Assembly (NCBI GenBank): GCA_000004985.1
Contig: GG738861.1
DNA: 64,000 bases
Strand: one strand, 5' to 3'
From: Naegleria gruberi
Taxonomy: Eukaryota
Under the pieces are notes generated by a model, which saw nothing but the letters and a program-made list of their open reading frames with translations, made no database searches and was not told where the DNA came from. Of the stretch, positions 23,572-35,072 are shown in pieces; position 1 is the stretch's first letter, and each line of letters begins with the position of its first letter. The position numbers and the translations under genes were made by a program.

Positions 23572-26500
23572 TTAAAGCATTAACAAGCACATCATGATTG
23601 AAACCAGTAAGGAAACACTGAACGAAATCATTGCAACGTTGTTGACACGAGCTGAAACCTTTGGAATAAAAGGAGCAGGAGAAGATTTTGGAGAGACAAC
23701 AGGTGTTGGAATAGCCTTTGGTTGAGCAGTTAACAAATATTTGCCAGTTGAAGAGACAGAAACAGTTACAGAGTTACTGGTCTTGGAAATGACTGAACAA
23801 CTGGTTGAGAGTTGATAATTATTGGTTGCTGAATTGTAAACTTGACAATAGACATCATATGCAGAAACCGATCTTGCCATTGTTATATCCTTTGAGGTAG
23901 AGAAGGTCAATTCGGCAATAGAACTTGAACTAGAAACGGTAACTGCAGATTTTTCAGCAAGAGAAATATCAAGAGCATCTGAAACAGAGTTGGTGACTCC
24001 GCCACTTGATGATTTTACCTTAAGAATGAGAGTCTTGTAATTAGAAACAAGATCAGAAAATTTAGCTGCCATTTTGAACTTATTTCCATTAATAATATCT
24101 TGTAAATTATTCAAAGTTGCAATATTGACCTTTCTTGAATAAGTAGTTGTTTGATTAGCAACAATATAGTTGGCTGGAAGGTCAGCAACTGTATCCTTAA
24201 CGAGAGCGCTTGATAAACTGTCATACGTAGCTTGAATATTAGTAATATCAGAATTGGAGAATGATCTCTTTGAAACACCCTTTGCTACAATAAATCTATA
24301 GAATTTATCAGCAGCTTCCTTCGCCTTTGTCAACAGTTCAGTAGCCAATTTAACTTCATCACTCGAAGCAGCATTAGCAGCAGTTTGAGCAAGATTGGTG
24401 ATCATCTTGGAAATAATGTCATCGACAATATATTCCAAACTTGAAGTACCAGAAGAAATCATTGACAATTTAGAGGAGGCAGAGTTAGTATTTTCAGAAG
24501 CAACAGATTGAGCCTTTGCTTGATTGTCCAAATAGGAAAGAATCATATTGGAAGTCAATTTTGCAATTTCAGCTTTTTGCTCAGCAGTTGCACCAGCAAT
24601 AGAGCTAACAACCTTAATGACAGCAGATACGGAAGCAAGGGTTGGTGTTTCCTTCGCAGTTGATTCAATAGAATTCACTGCTTGAGTGGTAGTTGGTTGA
24701 GTAACAGCTACAGAAATTTCAGATTCTGTAAATGCCAACTTGGAATCATAAACTGCAACTTTAAGACGGAGTTGAGAACTGCTTGAAGAAGGTAATTTGA
24801 TTCTTGTAGATCTAGTTTCAGTTCTCTCCGTCAATGCAGTCCAAGAGGATGAAATGTCATCATAATAGAAGAATTGATAGGTAAGTGGCAACTGAGAGTC
24901 TGTCCAACCATTTCCACATTTCAATTCGAATAAGGTACTGAGAGCAACACCAGATTGTGGACTAGCTTCGAAAATACCTCTTGTTGGAGGAGAGTTTACA
25001 TTAACACTTGTTGTAGCAACACCATTCTTTGAACCATCAGTAATATTCAAACTAATAGAGTATGAAGCGCCAGCACTCAACAATGATTTTGGAATCTTGA
25101 TAAAGCTGGAAGTTTGGGTGAGTGATGATAAATCAAACTTATCAGAGAACCAGAAGAAGGTTGGAGATGATAAAACTTCAAGAGAGGAATAGGTCAAATA
25201 CAAATCAGATGATGGGCTAACAAGTGAAAGATCGCTATTAGAAGTAATTGAAGCTCTAATCAAAGTATTCTTTGGAACGGACTTAGCTTTAACAATTAAA
25301 TTAGTTGATGCAGATCTTGATCCCTTAACAACAGTAGCAGTATACTTGTATTCACCAGCAGAGAGGAATGTGGAGAAGGTTCTTTGATTTAAATTTGGAG
25401 AAGAACATGACTTAATGTTGACAATATCAAAACATGTGATAGTGACAGTTTCTGAATCAGACGTACTACTTGGATCAACAACTGCAACAGAGAAATCCAA
25501 TGAATCTTGAGTTGATTGAGTAATGTCAGAAATGTTGAATTGAATAGTCAAATCTTGAGCTACAGCAGTTACCTTGAAAGGAAGAAATGCATCGTTAGCA
25601 TTGTCAGAAACAGCCCTAAGGATAAAGTAATAATCGCCTTCCTTATTAATATCAGTGAAGGATTTACCAATAGCGAATAAATTATTACTAGATTTTGGAG
25701 TTACAACTGATTTAGAGGCTGAAGAAGTATCAACAGAATAGGTATAATCAGTTTGATAATTTCCAGAATAACACTTTGGGAATTTGATGACTGGTGTCAA
25801 TACAATAGTAGATCCAATCATGTAAGTCACAGAAATACCTTCACTGAGTGATAGAGTTGGAACTGGATTGCTAACAACATTCACGGTAACACTTGATGTG
25901 GCAACTTTAGAGAATGCAGTTGTGACAGTAACTTGAATAATGAATGATCCACCAGAAATTGCACTCAATGAAGAGGAGCTGAAATCGACAATAGCGCTTG
26001 AAGTTTTAACACCACTCAAGTAAGTATTCAAAGCATTCATTTCACCAACAGTTGGACCGTTAGTGACATACCAAGAGAATAACAATGCACGACGATCTGA
26101 TGAAACTGATCCAGAAGCATCCAAATATAGAGTATCACACTTGGAAACAGAGCTCTTATCAGAAACTAGATTAACACTTGGAGGAAGTGCAACAAATGTA
26201 CCAGAAGAAACTGTAACAGACAATGTTTCAGCGCTTCCTGGGAATTTGAATAATCTCAAAGAATTACCTGGTACAATATTTGCACTGGTTCCTAATATAA
26301 TTTCCAAAGAGGAAGTTGCAGAATTCAAAATACATTTAGCATCAGAACCTATCAATGATAAATCAGAGCTAGAAATGACATCTGAACAATCTGATTGTTT
26401 CAATAAACTTGATTTGACTTCACCAATAATTGACCCACCAGTTGAAGTGAAAACAAAACTATTAGAATTAATTTGGAAATCACAATTGCTTCCAAACCAT

Positions 26501-28425
26501 CCATTCAAACACTTGGCACAATTACTGGAAGCATCAAAGTTTCCATAACAAGTACATGAGCCATCATTATTACAGTAACCTTTAGAGGAACAATTACTAA
26601 CACTATTACAAGTAATTGAGCAACTGGAACCAACAAATCCACTAGCACATTGATCACAATATGTACCAACAAAGTTACCTTCACAAACACATTTCAAATT
26701 AACACAATTACCTCTGGAATTACAAGTTTGAACTCTATCACAAACTGGAGTGTTACAATTAGCTCCTGAATAATCAAGTGAGCAGCTTGAACAAGATTTA
26801 CCATCATTGTAATTAATTGGACATGAACACTTATTAGGAGCTGAACAAATACCACGAGATGAACAAACACTAGAGCTTGACTTGTCAATTCCATAACAGC
26901 TAAACGTTTGACAAGCTGTACCATTATAACCTTCAGAACAATGACAGATATTTGGAGCAATACATGAACCCTTTCCAGAACAAACTCTATTATCGGTAGC
27001 ACTAATTTCAAAACAAACGGGAATATCACAATTATCACCAACAAAACCATCAACACATTTAGAACAAAACTTGGATGAATCAAAGTTACCATTACAAGAA
27101 CAAACATCCTTTGAAACACATGAACCTCTATACGAACATCCTCCTTGAGATTCACTCAATCCATTACAAGTAGTGTATTGACATCTATCACCAGTGTAAC
27201 CACTATTACATTCACAAGTATTTGGGGCAGTACAATTACCTTGTTTGTTACAACCAGATGTACCTGTTTGATTGTTACAAAGTGGAATAGTACAATCACT
27301 ACCAGTATATCCACTACCACAAACCATAACACTACACTGAGAACCAGTAAAACCTGGATAACAATCACATTGATCTTTTCCTATACATTTACCCTTACTT
27401 GAACAAACAGATGAAGAATTACTCAAAGTATTAAAACATCTTGTTTCAGAACAAGATGGACCTTCCCAACCACTCTTACATGAACATTGATTTAGTGATG
27501 AACAGTTACCATTAGATGAACAAACACTTGATTGATTGGCCAAAATACCAAAACATGAAGTAATTTCACACAACTTGCCATAGAATCCACTATTACATTG
27601 GCAAGTATTTGGACCAACACATTGACCATTTCTTGAACAAACAGTTTGATTGGAGTTGGTTAAACCAGAACAAGAATATGTTTGACATTCAGAACCAATG
27701 TAACCACTCTTACATAAACAGCTATCAACAGAAACACAAGTTCCTGATCCAGAACAAACAGATGAATCAGTAAAATTCTTTCCAAAACATTGATGAATCT
27801 GGCATTCTAATCCACTGTATCCATTATTACATTGACACATATCTTGAGAAATACAAGTACCTTGATTACAAGCTTCAGCTCTTGGCTTAGTGAAACATGT
27901 GATATTCTTTGAGACACAAGTATTTGGAGCAATACATGTATCGTATTGTCCACAGGATTGAGTTTCGTTAGCCAAATAATTATTGCAAATTGGCATGTTA
28001 CAAACACCAGCAGGTCCATAACCTGATTTACATTCGCACTTGTCAAAATCACTGCAGATACCTTTCGAAAAACAAACTTGAGGTGATTGAGAATCGATGC
28101 CATTACAAGTTGTAAAAGAACAATTGTCTCCGTGGTAATTTGTTGAGCAGATACAATCATCGAGACTAGAACATGAACCATGGGATGAACAAACCTTGGA
28201 ATCGTTAGCTGGAGTACCATAACAGGAAGGAATTTCACAGAATTTTCCAATAAATCCATTAACACATATACAACCGCCATCCAGACATGTTCCATTACCA
28301 TTACAGATATTTTCCAAATGAGTAGATCCACATTTAACTGGTTCTGGTTGTGGGGTTTCCGTTGTTGTTTCATTACAGAATGTTCCATTGATATTTGAGT
28401 TACAAATACAGACACCGTTCAACAA
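23572..28425 (-). CDS. C-terminal ~1600 aa of a giant surface glycoprotein: Cys-repeat and EGF-like modules, long Ser/Thr-rich region, C-terminal GPI-anchor-like hydrophobic signal
   Basis: The ORF begins inside a 43-aa repeat unit (CICNSNINGTFCNETTTETPQPEPVKCGST...), so it is not a real N-terminus. It ends ...SARVNNVAMISFSVSLLVSIMMCLLML, which is GPI-signal-like. It is contiguous with 28510..31428 except for two 1-nt homopolymer deletions. Confidence 0.7.
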   Translation of the reverse strand: MLNGVCICNSNINGTFCNETTTETPQPEPVKCGSTHLENICNGNGTCLDGGCICVNGFIGKFCEIPSCYGTPANDSKVCSSHGSCSSLDDCICSTNYHGDNCSFTTCNGIDSQSPQVCFSKGICSDFDKCECKSGYGPAGVCNMPICNNYLANETQSCGQYDTCIAPNTCVSKNITCFTKPRAEACNQGTCISQDMCQCNNGYSGLECQIHQCFGKNFTDSSVCSGSGTCVSVDSCLCKSGYIGSECQTYSCSGLTNSNQTVCSRNGQCVGPNTCQCNSGFYGKLCEITSCFGILANQSSVCSSNGNCSSLNQCSCKSGWEGPSCSETRCFNTLSNSSSVCSSKGKCIGKDQCDCYPGFTGSQCSVMVCGSGYTGSDCTIPLCNNQTGTSGCNKQGNCTAPNTCECNSGYTGDRCQYTTCNGLSESQGGCSYRGSCVSKDVCSCNGNFDSSKFCSKCVDGFVGDNCDIPVCFEISATDNRVCSGKGSCIAPNICHCSEGYNGTACQTFSCYGIDKSSSSVCSSRGICSAPNKCSCPINYNDGKSCSSCSLDYSGANCNTPVCDRVQTCNSRGNCVNLKCVCEGNFVGTYCDQCASGFVGSSCSITCNSVSNCSSKGYCNNDGSCTCYGNFDASSNCAKCLNGWFGSNCDFQINSNSFVFTSTGGSIIGEVKSSLLKQSDCSDVISSSDLSLIGSDAKCILNSATSSLEIILGTSANIVPGNSLRLFKFPGSAETLSVTVSSGTFVALPPSVNLVSDKSSVSKCDTLYLDASGSVSSDRRALLFSWYVTNGPTVGEMNALNTYLSGVKTSSAIVDFSSSSLSAISGGSFIIQVTVTTAFSKVATSSVTVNVVSNPVPTLSLSEGISVTYMIGSTIVLTPVIKFPKCYSGNYQTDYTYSVDTSSASKSVVTPKSSNNLFAIGKSFTDINKEGDYYFILRAVSDNANDAFLPFKVTAVAQDLTIQFNISDITQSTQDSLDFSVAVVDPSSTSDSETVTITCFDIVNIKSCSSPNLNQRTFSTFLSAGEYKYTATVVKGSRSASTNLIVKAKSVPKNTLIRASITSNSDLSLVSPSSDLYLTYSSLEVLSSPTFFWFSDKFDLSSLTQTSSFIKIPKSLLSAGASYSISLNITDGSKNGVATTSVNVNSPPTRGIFEASPQSGVALSTLFELKCGNGWTDSQLPLTYQFFYYDDISSSWTALTERTETRSTRIKLPSSSSSQLRLKVAVYDSKLAFTESEISVAVTQPTTTQAVNSIESTAKETPTLASVSAVIKVVSSIAGATAEQKAEIAKLTSNMILSYLDNQAKAQSVASENTNSASSKLSMISSGTSSLEYIVDDIISKMITNLAQTAANAASSDEVKLATELLTKAKEAADKFYRFIVAKGVSKRSFSNSDITNIQATYDSLSSALVKDTVADLPANYIVANQTTTYSRKVNIATLNNLQDIINGNKFKMAAKFSDLVSNYKTLILKVKSSSGGVTNSVSDALDISLAEKSAVTVSSSSSIAELTFSTSKDITMARSVSAYDVYCQVYNSATNNYQLSTSCSVISKTSNSVTVSVSSTGKYLLTAQPKAIPTPVVSPKSSPAPFIPKVSARVNNVAMISFSVSLLVSIMMCLLML

Positions 28426-28429
28426 GTTC

Positions 28430-31250
28430 CATTATAATAGCAATTATTTTCTTCAACGGTTGATCCACAGTTTAATTGGTTCAGTGGAACAGAGTATTCT
28501 GGTGTGCTTTCATTGCAAATGTTCCGTTAACGTTGTATTGCAAATACAAATACCATTTACACATGTTCCGTTACCATAACAGGCATTTTCTTCCAATGTT
28601 TCACCACATTTAATTGGTTCAGGATGTGGGATAACTGGTTCTGTATTTGTTTCATTGCAATATGTACCATTAATGTTTGAATTACAAATACAGACACCAT
28701 TAATGCAAGTACCATTTCCATAACAAATATTTTCATATTCAGTGATACCACATTTAACAACTGGTTCTGGTTGAGGTGTTGGAGTTTCAGAAGTCTCATT
28801 ACAGAAGGTTCCATTAACGTTTGTATTACAAATACAAATACCATTTACGCATGTTCCATTTCCATAACAATTATTTTCCTCAATGGTTGTTCCACATTTA
28901 ATTGGTTCAGGTTGTGGAATTATTGGTTCAACAATGGTTTCATTACAGAAAGTACCGTTTGAGCCACCTAAACATGAACAAATACCATTCAAACAAGTTC
29001 CATTTCCATAACAATTATTTTCTTCAACGGTTGATCCACATTTAATTGGTTCAGGTTGGGGAATTGGAGTTTCTGGAGTTGTTTCATTACAGAATGTTCC
29101 GTTTACATTAGAGTTGCAAATACAAATACCATTTACACATGTTCCGTTACCATAACAGGCATTTTCTTCCAATGTTTCACCACATTTAATTGGTTCAGGA
29201 TGTGGAGTAACAGGTGCTGATGTTGTTTCATTACAATATGTACCATTAATGTTTGAATTACAAATACAGACACCATTCAAACAAGTTCCATTTCCATAAC
29301 AATTATTCTCATCTTCAGTGAAACCACATTTAACAACAGGTTCTGGTTGAGGCTCATGACTTGTTTCATTACAGAAGGTTCCATTAACGTTGGTAATACA
29401 AACACAAATACCATTCATGCAAGTTCCATTTCCATAACAATTATTTTCTTCAATGGTTGATCCACATTTAACTGGTTCAGTTGGAATTTGAGGTTCTGAA
29501 GCAGTTGTTTCATTACAGTATGTTCCGTTCATACCCTCAACACAGATGCACAATCCATCAAGACATGTGCCGTTACCATAACAATTGCTTTCTTCCTGAG
29601 TTGTACCACAAATAATTGGTTCAGGTTGTGGAGAATCAGAATTTGTTTCATTGCAATATGTACCATTTACGTTTGAATTACAAGCACAGACACCATTGAT
29701 GCAAGTTCCATTTCCGTAACAGTTGTTTTCTTCCATGGTTGATCCACATTTAACTGGTTCAGGATGAGGAATTGGAGTTTCAGGAGTTGTTTCATTACAG
29801 AATGTTCCGTTTACCTTTGAATCACAAACACAAATACCATTTAAACAGGTTCCATTACCGTAACAGTTATTTTCTTCCAATGTTTCACCACATTTGACAG
29901 GTTCTGGTTCTGGAGTAACTGGTTCTGTAGTTGTTTCATTGCAGAATGTGCCATTAACATTCTCAAAACATACACACAAGCCATCAACACAAGTACCATT
30001 TCCAAAACAGTTATTTTCTTCTTCGGTCGAACCACATTTAACTACTGGTTCTGGTTGAGTTGGATCTTGAGTTGTTTCGTTACAGAATGTACCATTCACG
30101 CCAATAAAACAAATACAAACACCCTCAATGCATGTACCGTTACCATAACAAGTATTTTCTTCTATAGTTTCACCACATTTGACAGGCTCAGGAACAACTG
30201 GATCTGGAGATGTTTCGTTACAGAATGTACCATTAATATTCTCGTTGCAAACACACAAACCATCAACACATGTTCCATTTCCGTAGCAGCTATTTTCTTC
30301 TGTTGTTTCGCCACATTTAATTGGTTGAGTTGGAACTTGAGGTTCAGTAGGATTAGTTTCGTTACAGAATGTACCATTAACATCTTGATTACAAACACAG
30401 AATCCATTTACACAACTTCCATTGTTGTAGCAATTATTCTCTTCCAAAGTTTCACCACATTGTAAAGGTTGTGGAATTTCAGGTTCTATATTTGATTCAT
30501 TACAGAATGTACCATTTGCGCCTTCTTTGCAAATACAGGAGCCACCAATACAAGTGCCATTACCATAGCAGTTATTTTCATCTTCTGTAAAACCACATTT
30601 AACTGGCTCTGGTTGAGTTGGGATTTCAGGAGCTGTTTCGTTACAGAAAGTACCATTAGCGCCTTCAATACAAACACACAGTCCATCAAGACATGTTCCA
30701 TTACCATAACAATTACTTTCTTCCTGAGTTGTACCACAAATAATTGGTTCAGGTTGGCTGGGAACTGGACTGGTTTCGTTACAGAATGTACCATTACTAC
30801 CTTCATTGCAAGTACAAAAACCATTCTCACACGTACCATTGCCATAACAATTATTCTCTTCTTCTGTAGTACCACATTTAACCAATTCTGGTTGTGGTTC
30901 CATGCTGAAGGTTTCATTACAAAATGTACCATTAACATTCTCGTTACAAATACACAAACCATCGACACATGTACCATTACCATAACAAATATTTTCATCT
31001 TCTGTGAAACCACAGTTAACTGGTTGAGTAGGGACTTGTGGTTCTTGAGTTGTTTCATTACAGAATGTACCATTCACACCTTCAATACATATGCAGAAAC
31101 CATCGACACATGTACCATTACCATAACAATTTTGTTCTTCCAATGTTTCACCACAAGTGGTAATGGTATCATTACAGAATAAACCAATGAAACCTTCTGA
31201 ACATTGACAAACACCACGAGTACAATTACCATTAGAATAGCAAGATTGTT
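28430..31250. repeat. Tandem array of about 24 x 129-bp coding repeats (43-aa Cys module)
   Basis: The periodicity is visible in both the nucleotide and the protein sequence. Units are roughly 70-95% identical. Confidence 0.85.
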
Positions 31251-31428
31251 CATCTAATGTTTCACCACAGAAAACATCCTGACATTCCATTGTACCCAAG
31301 AGGTCACATGTCTGGGACAATAAACATTCAGTGTCTGAACTGCATGTTGCTGATACGAGACCAACAGCAGCAATTACAGAAAGTACAATTAAAAGTATTG
31401 TTGTTTTGAACAGCAAGTTACTTGCCAT
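28510..31428 (-). CDS. N-terminal part of the same giant gene: signal peptide plus about 22 tandem 43-aa six-Cys repeats, VKCG.T.EEN.CYGNGTC..G.C.C....NGT(F/Y)CNET, with Pro/Thr/Glu linkers
   Basis: ATG at 31428 begins MASNLLFKTTILLIVLSVIAAVGLVSA, a signal peptide. The repeats are highly regular, about 129 nt each, with three N-glycosylation sequons per unit. Confidence 0.75.
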   Translation of the reverse strand: MASNLLFKTTILLIVLSVIAAVGLVSATCSSDTECLLSQTCDLLGTMECQDVFCGETLDEQSCYSNGNCTRGVCQCSEGFIGLFCNDTITTCGETLEEQNCYGNGTCVDGFCICIEGVNGTFCNETTQEPQVPTQPVNCGFTEDENICYGNGTCVDGLCICNENVNGTFCNETFSMEPQPELVKCGTTEEENNCYGNGTCENGFCTCNEGSNGTFCNETSPVPSQPEPIICGTTQEESNCYGNGTCLDGLCVCIEGANGTFCNETAPEIPTQPEPVKCGFTEDENNCYGNGTCIGGSCICKEGANGTFCNESNIEPEIPQPLQCGETLEENNCYNNGSCVNGFCVCNQDVNGTFCNETNPTEPQVPTQPIKCGETTEENSCYGNGTCVDGLCVCNENINGTFCNETSPDPVVPEPVKCGETIEENTCYGNGTCIEGVCICFIGVNGTFCNETTQDPTQPEPVVKCGSTEEENNCFGNGTCVDGLCVCFENVNGTFCNETTTEPVTPEPEPVKCGETLEENNCYGNGTCLNGICVCDSKVNGTFCNETTPETPIPHPEPVKCGSTMEENNCYGNGTCINGVCACNSNVNGTYCNETNSDSPQPEPIICGTTQEESNCYGNGTCLDGLCICVEGMNGTYCNETTASEPQIPTEPVKCGSTIEENNCYGNGTCMNGICVCITNVNGTFCNETSHEPQPEPVVKCGFTEDENNCYGNGTCLNGVCICNSNINGTYCNETTSAPVTPHPEPIKCGETLEENACYGNGTCVNGICICNSNVNGTFCNETTPETPIPQPEPIKCGSTVEENNCYGNGTCLNGICSCLGGSNGTFCNETIVEPIIPQPEPIKCGTTIEENNCYGNGTCVNGICICNTNVNGTFCNETSETPTPQPEPVVKCGITEYENICYGNGTCINGVCICNSNINGTYCNETNTEPVIPHPEPIKCGETLEENACYGNGTCVNGICICNTTLTEHLQ

Positions 31429-32134
31429 ATTTTTTTCAATTCGAATAGTTTTAGCATGGTAGCTAATAAGATTTTAATGGCAAGGGAATTGTTGTGTGAA
31501 ATGAGCCAACAAGTCACGTTACAATTTCATAGGATATTTGTTGAACAGTGCATTTGCCAAGTACCAACAAGATTAAATTGCTTAAATAAGCCAACAACAT
31601 GTCAACAATCCTCGTCACGGAATTTTCACAATTACGAATTCGTCTTGCATCATCATTCAAGTTGCAATTCCTCACTAAATCACGGGAAACACAGTTTCCT
31701 CTTCTTGCCATAAAGTGACCACATCTTTCACACCTTCTAACATTGGCATTTCCACTTCTGTCCTCACTAAACGAACAAAAGGAAGTTTCCAATGTTTGTG
31801 GATGTAAAATTTCGATGGAGCAAAATTAACTTCCTATTAAGAGTCGTTTTAAATCATGATGAACTTGTCTCATTTCATGTTCAGTATTCATTAGCAACAT
31901 TCAATTCCGAAACGTGATAAAAACTGTAAACTTTTCATCTACAGTTTCTTACTTACTTTCCGAGCCAAATTTTCTCATCAATTCTCCTGGTTAAAGAGGG
32001 GTGGCCGAAGAATTATTGAGGCAACACCATATTTCATCCAACAAACGACAACTACAGTACGGCTCAAACAACAATTATTGGCTGGAAAGAAAGCACCCCT
32101 CAAGATTTAAATGAATTTCAAAGCCGAAAAGATG

Positions 32135-32620
32135 AAAAAAAAAATATTCAACAAATAATCCGTTGTGACTTGCTGATTTTCAGAGTGATTTCACATCATG
32201 AAAGCACCAAACTTTCACATCAGCATCTCAACATCATCCGAATAGTAATAACAATCATTGTTTTTTATTAGTGGATTATTATCAGCAAATAGGAATTTAT
32301 TTTTAAAGTTGGAAAAATACCAGTTGGTGAACCATCATATGAGCACTCACCAACCATCATCATTATTGTTTTCCATCAATATAATAATAGTATTTGTGGA
32401 AATTAATTTTTAGTAATGTAATTTTGGTTGAAGAGCCAAAATTTTCACTAAATCCATCATCACTGCTGAATCTACTGAACAAGTTGGAAAACTGTGAATG
32501 TAGTATTGTTCGGAATTGTCAATAGGAGGCAGGAGAACTTTCTCTGATTCTACTACTATTTAAAATAGATAATAAACATCATATTTATTATCAGATTTTC
32601 ATCATGTTCTATTGCCCTAT
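32135..32620 (+). repeat. Dispersed ~0.5-kb non-coding repeat, copy 2
   Basis: See copy 1. It has the same orientation and also lies in a 5'-flanking/intergenic position. Confidence 0.8.
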
Positions 32621-32739
32621 CATCATTGCAATAATATAATTAATGAAAGACTTCCAATACGGCCCAAACCATTTGCACCACCCAAACAATCAAGTTTGCG
32701 ATTGAAAGATTTTCAAGTTTGCGATTGACTCTTCAACAC

Positions 32740-34310
32740 ATAAAGTAAAGTATTCAGATTGATTTTAATTTTACATAATAGTTTTATTACAAACAAGTTT
32801 TTGTTGTTTGTTTGGGAGAATTGAATTGTTTCAAAATCAATAGATTTAGAAACACTTTCTGTGGACAATACCTGGACCGGCATCCTCATATTCTTCCTTG
32901 GTGATCCACATTTGTTGGAAAGTGGACAATGAAGCCAAGATGGAACCACCAATCCAGACAGAGTACTTTCTTTCAGGTGGAGCAACAACCTTAATCTTCA
33001 TGGAAGCTGGAGCCATAGCAGTCAATTCCTTGGTCATTCTTTCAGCAATACCTTCGAACATAGTAGTACCACCAGACAAGACAACGTTACCGTACAAGTC
33101 CTTTCTGATATCAATATCACATTTACCAATAGAGTTGAAAGTAGTTTCATGAACACCAGCAGCTTCCATACCAATGAAGTTTGGTTGGAACAAAACTTCT
33201 GGACATCTGAATCTTTCATTACCAACAGTGATAACATTACCGTCTGGCAATTCGTATGACTTTTCAACAGATGATGATTCAGCAGCAACCTTCATTTCAG
33301 CTTCGAAATCCAAAGCAATATAACAGAGCTTTTCCTTAATATCTCTGACGATTTCTCTTTCAGCAGTAGTATTGAATGAGTAACCTCTTTCCATCAAAAT
33401 CTTCATCAAGTAATCAGTCAAATCACGGCCAGCCAAATCCAATCTCAAAATGGCGTGTGGCAAAGCATAACCTTCATAAATTGGAACAGTGTGGGAAACA
33501 CCATCACCAGAGTCCAAAACAATACCAGTGGTTCTACCAGAAGCATACAAGGACAAGACAGCTTGAATAGCGACATACATAGCTGGAACTGAGAAGGTTT
33601 CAAACATAATTTGAGTCATCTTTTCTCTGTTTGCCTTTGGATTCAAAGGAGCTTCAGTCAACAAGACTGGGTGTTCTTCTGGAGCAACTCTCAATTCATT
33701 GTAGAAAGTGTGATGCCAGATCTTTTCCATATCGTCCCAATTGGTAACAATACCGTGTTCAATTGGATACTTCAAAGTCAAAATACCTCTCTTTGATTGA
33801 GCTTCATCACCAACATAGGCATCCTTATTACCCATACCAACCATAATGGACTTTTGCTTTGGTCTACCAATAATTGAAGGGAAGACAGCTCTTGGAGCAT
33901 CATCACCAGCAAAACCAGCTTTACACATACCAGAACCGTTATCGACAACGAGGGCTTGAACGTCTTCACAGAATGACATTTTATAGATTATTTGAATGGA
34001 TTTGTTTTTTTTGATTTTTAATTGATGATTTGTGTGTTAAAAAAATATTTAAATGAAAAATTAATGAAAGAATGATTGATGTGATTGATGGCAAGTCAAA
34101 TTGAAGTTTTAAAAAACTATTTTAGAGGTCATTTTTTAAATGTGGAAAGTCAAGTGAAGAAGAACAACTTTACAATATGACTTTTCATTCTTTTCATTCA
34201 ACACATCATCAAAATTACTAGCAATCAACTGTAAAATTTAACACATCAAACATTGCTTTGTCAACTTACTGTAATTTTCAACGTGGAAAAAATTCATCAA
34301 GTTTGAATGA
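32740..34310. repeat. Left arm (~1.57 kb) of an inverted duplication containing an actin gene
   Basis: This arm is the reverse complement of 40160..41730. The flanks match (for example ctattttagaggtcattttttaaatgtggaaagtcaagtgaagaagaac) and the 3' flank matches for ~100 bp past the stop. Confidence 0.85.
32846..33979 (-). CDS. act: Actin (377 aa, intronless)
   Basis: Sequence begins [41 protein letters not shown]...IVHRKCF. It is a canonical conventional actin, closest to amoebozoan actins. Confidence 0.95.
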
Positions 34311-35072
34311 AACCAACTTCGTCATCATGGAGGAACTAACAGCAACCAGGAATTAATTTATTGTTAGGATTGTGGTCAAGAGACGAAATTAACAAAATTG
34401 TCTCACCCTATATATTCATTGATGCATCAGTGATTCGCATTCTTGTTGTGGTGAGTCCTCTATGGACTTTGATTGGATTGATACTTGGTAATCGGATTCT
34501 CCTTCTTAATACCTCACAAATGGGAATAAGTTTTCTTCTGATTTTCAATTCCCAAGACTAGTATTTATTGTGGTCAGTCTTTTTGGCCTTACACTTGATA
34601 AGTGTGATCTACTGGATTTGGCCAAAATCATCAATAACACTGCCTCGTATCTGCTTGTTGGAATGCCAATTTTTTTAAGTTGGAAGTGCTTGTTGTTATT
34701 AAGAGAGTAATCCAAACAATAATCATTCCTCAATGGTTGTGATATTTTTGATATTTTAGACACAAAGTGGAATTTAATTTGGCTTCAGGTAGGCCTAATT
34801 GCTCTTTTTCCCAACATGAAGATTGTTGGAAACAATACTATGGAGAAAGAATAATAGATTTGGAATTGACCTATTTGGTCCTAATTGCTTGTGGATATTA
34901 TGAGTTTTTTATTGTTTTCTTAAAATTTGAGTTTCACCAATATTTGGATATTTTATTTATTACAAAGCCATACTACGGGGCAAAACATCAATCAACAAGT
35001 GAATGTTCAAGTAATTTCAATAATTGAGCAAAGTTCATCCATCACAATAAATTATTTACAATTCATAAAAAA

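Noticed and set aside
31456-31800. GC-richer patch with small ORFs (31514..31792 on the minus strand with C-x2-C...C spacing, and 31456..31713 on the plus strand) just upstream of the giant gene start
   Set aside because: It resembles a zinc-ribbon protein only superficially. There is no convincing family match and it lies in the 5' flank of the 31428 start, so it is more likely promoter or UTR sequence. A similar GC-richer patch at 10300-10560 upstream of the 10271 start was treated the same way.
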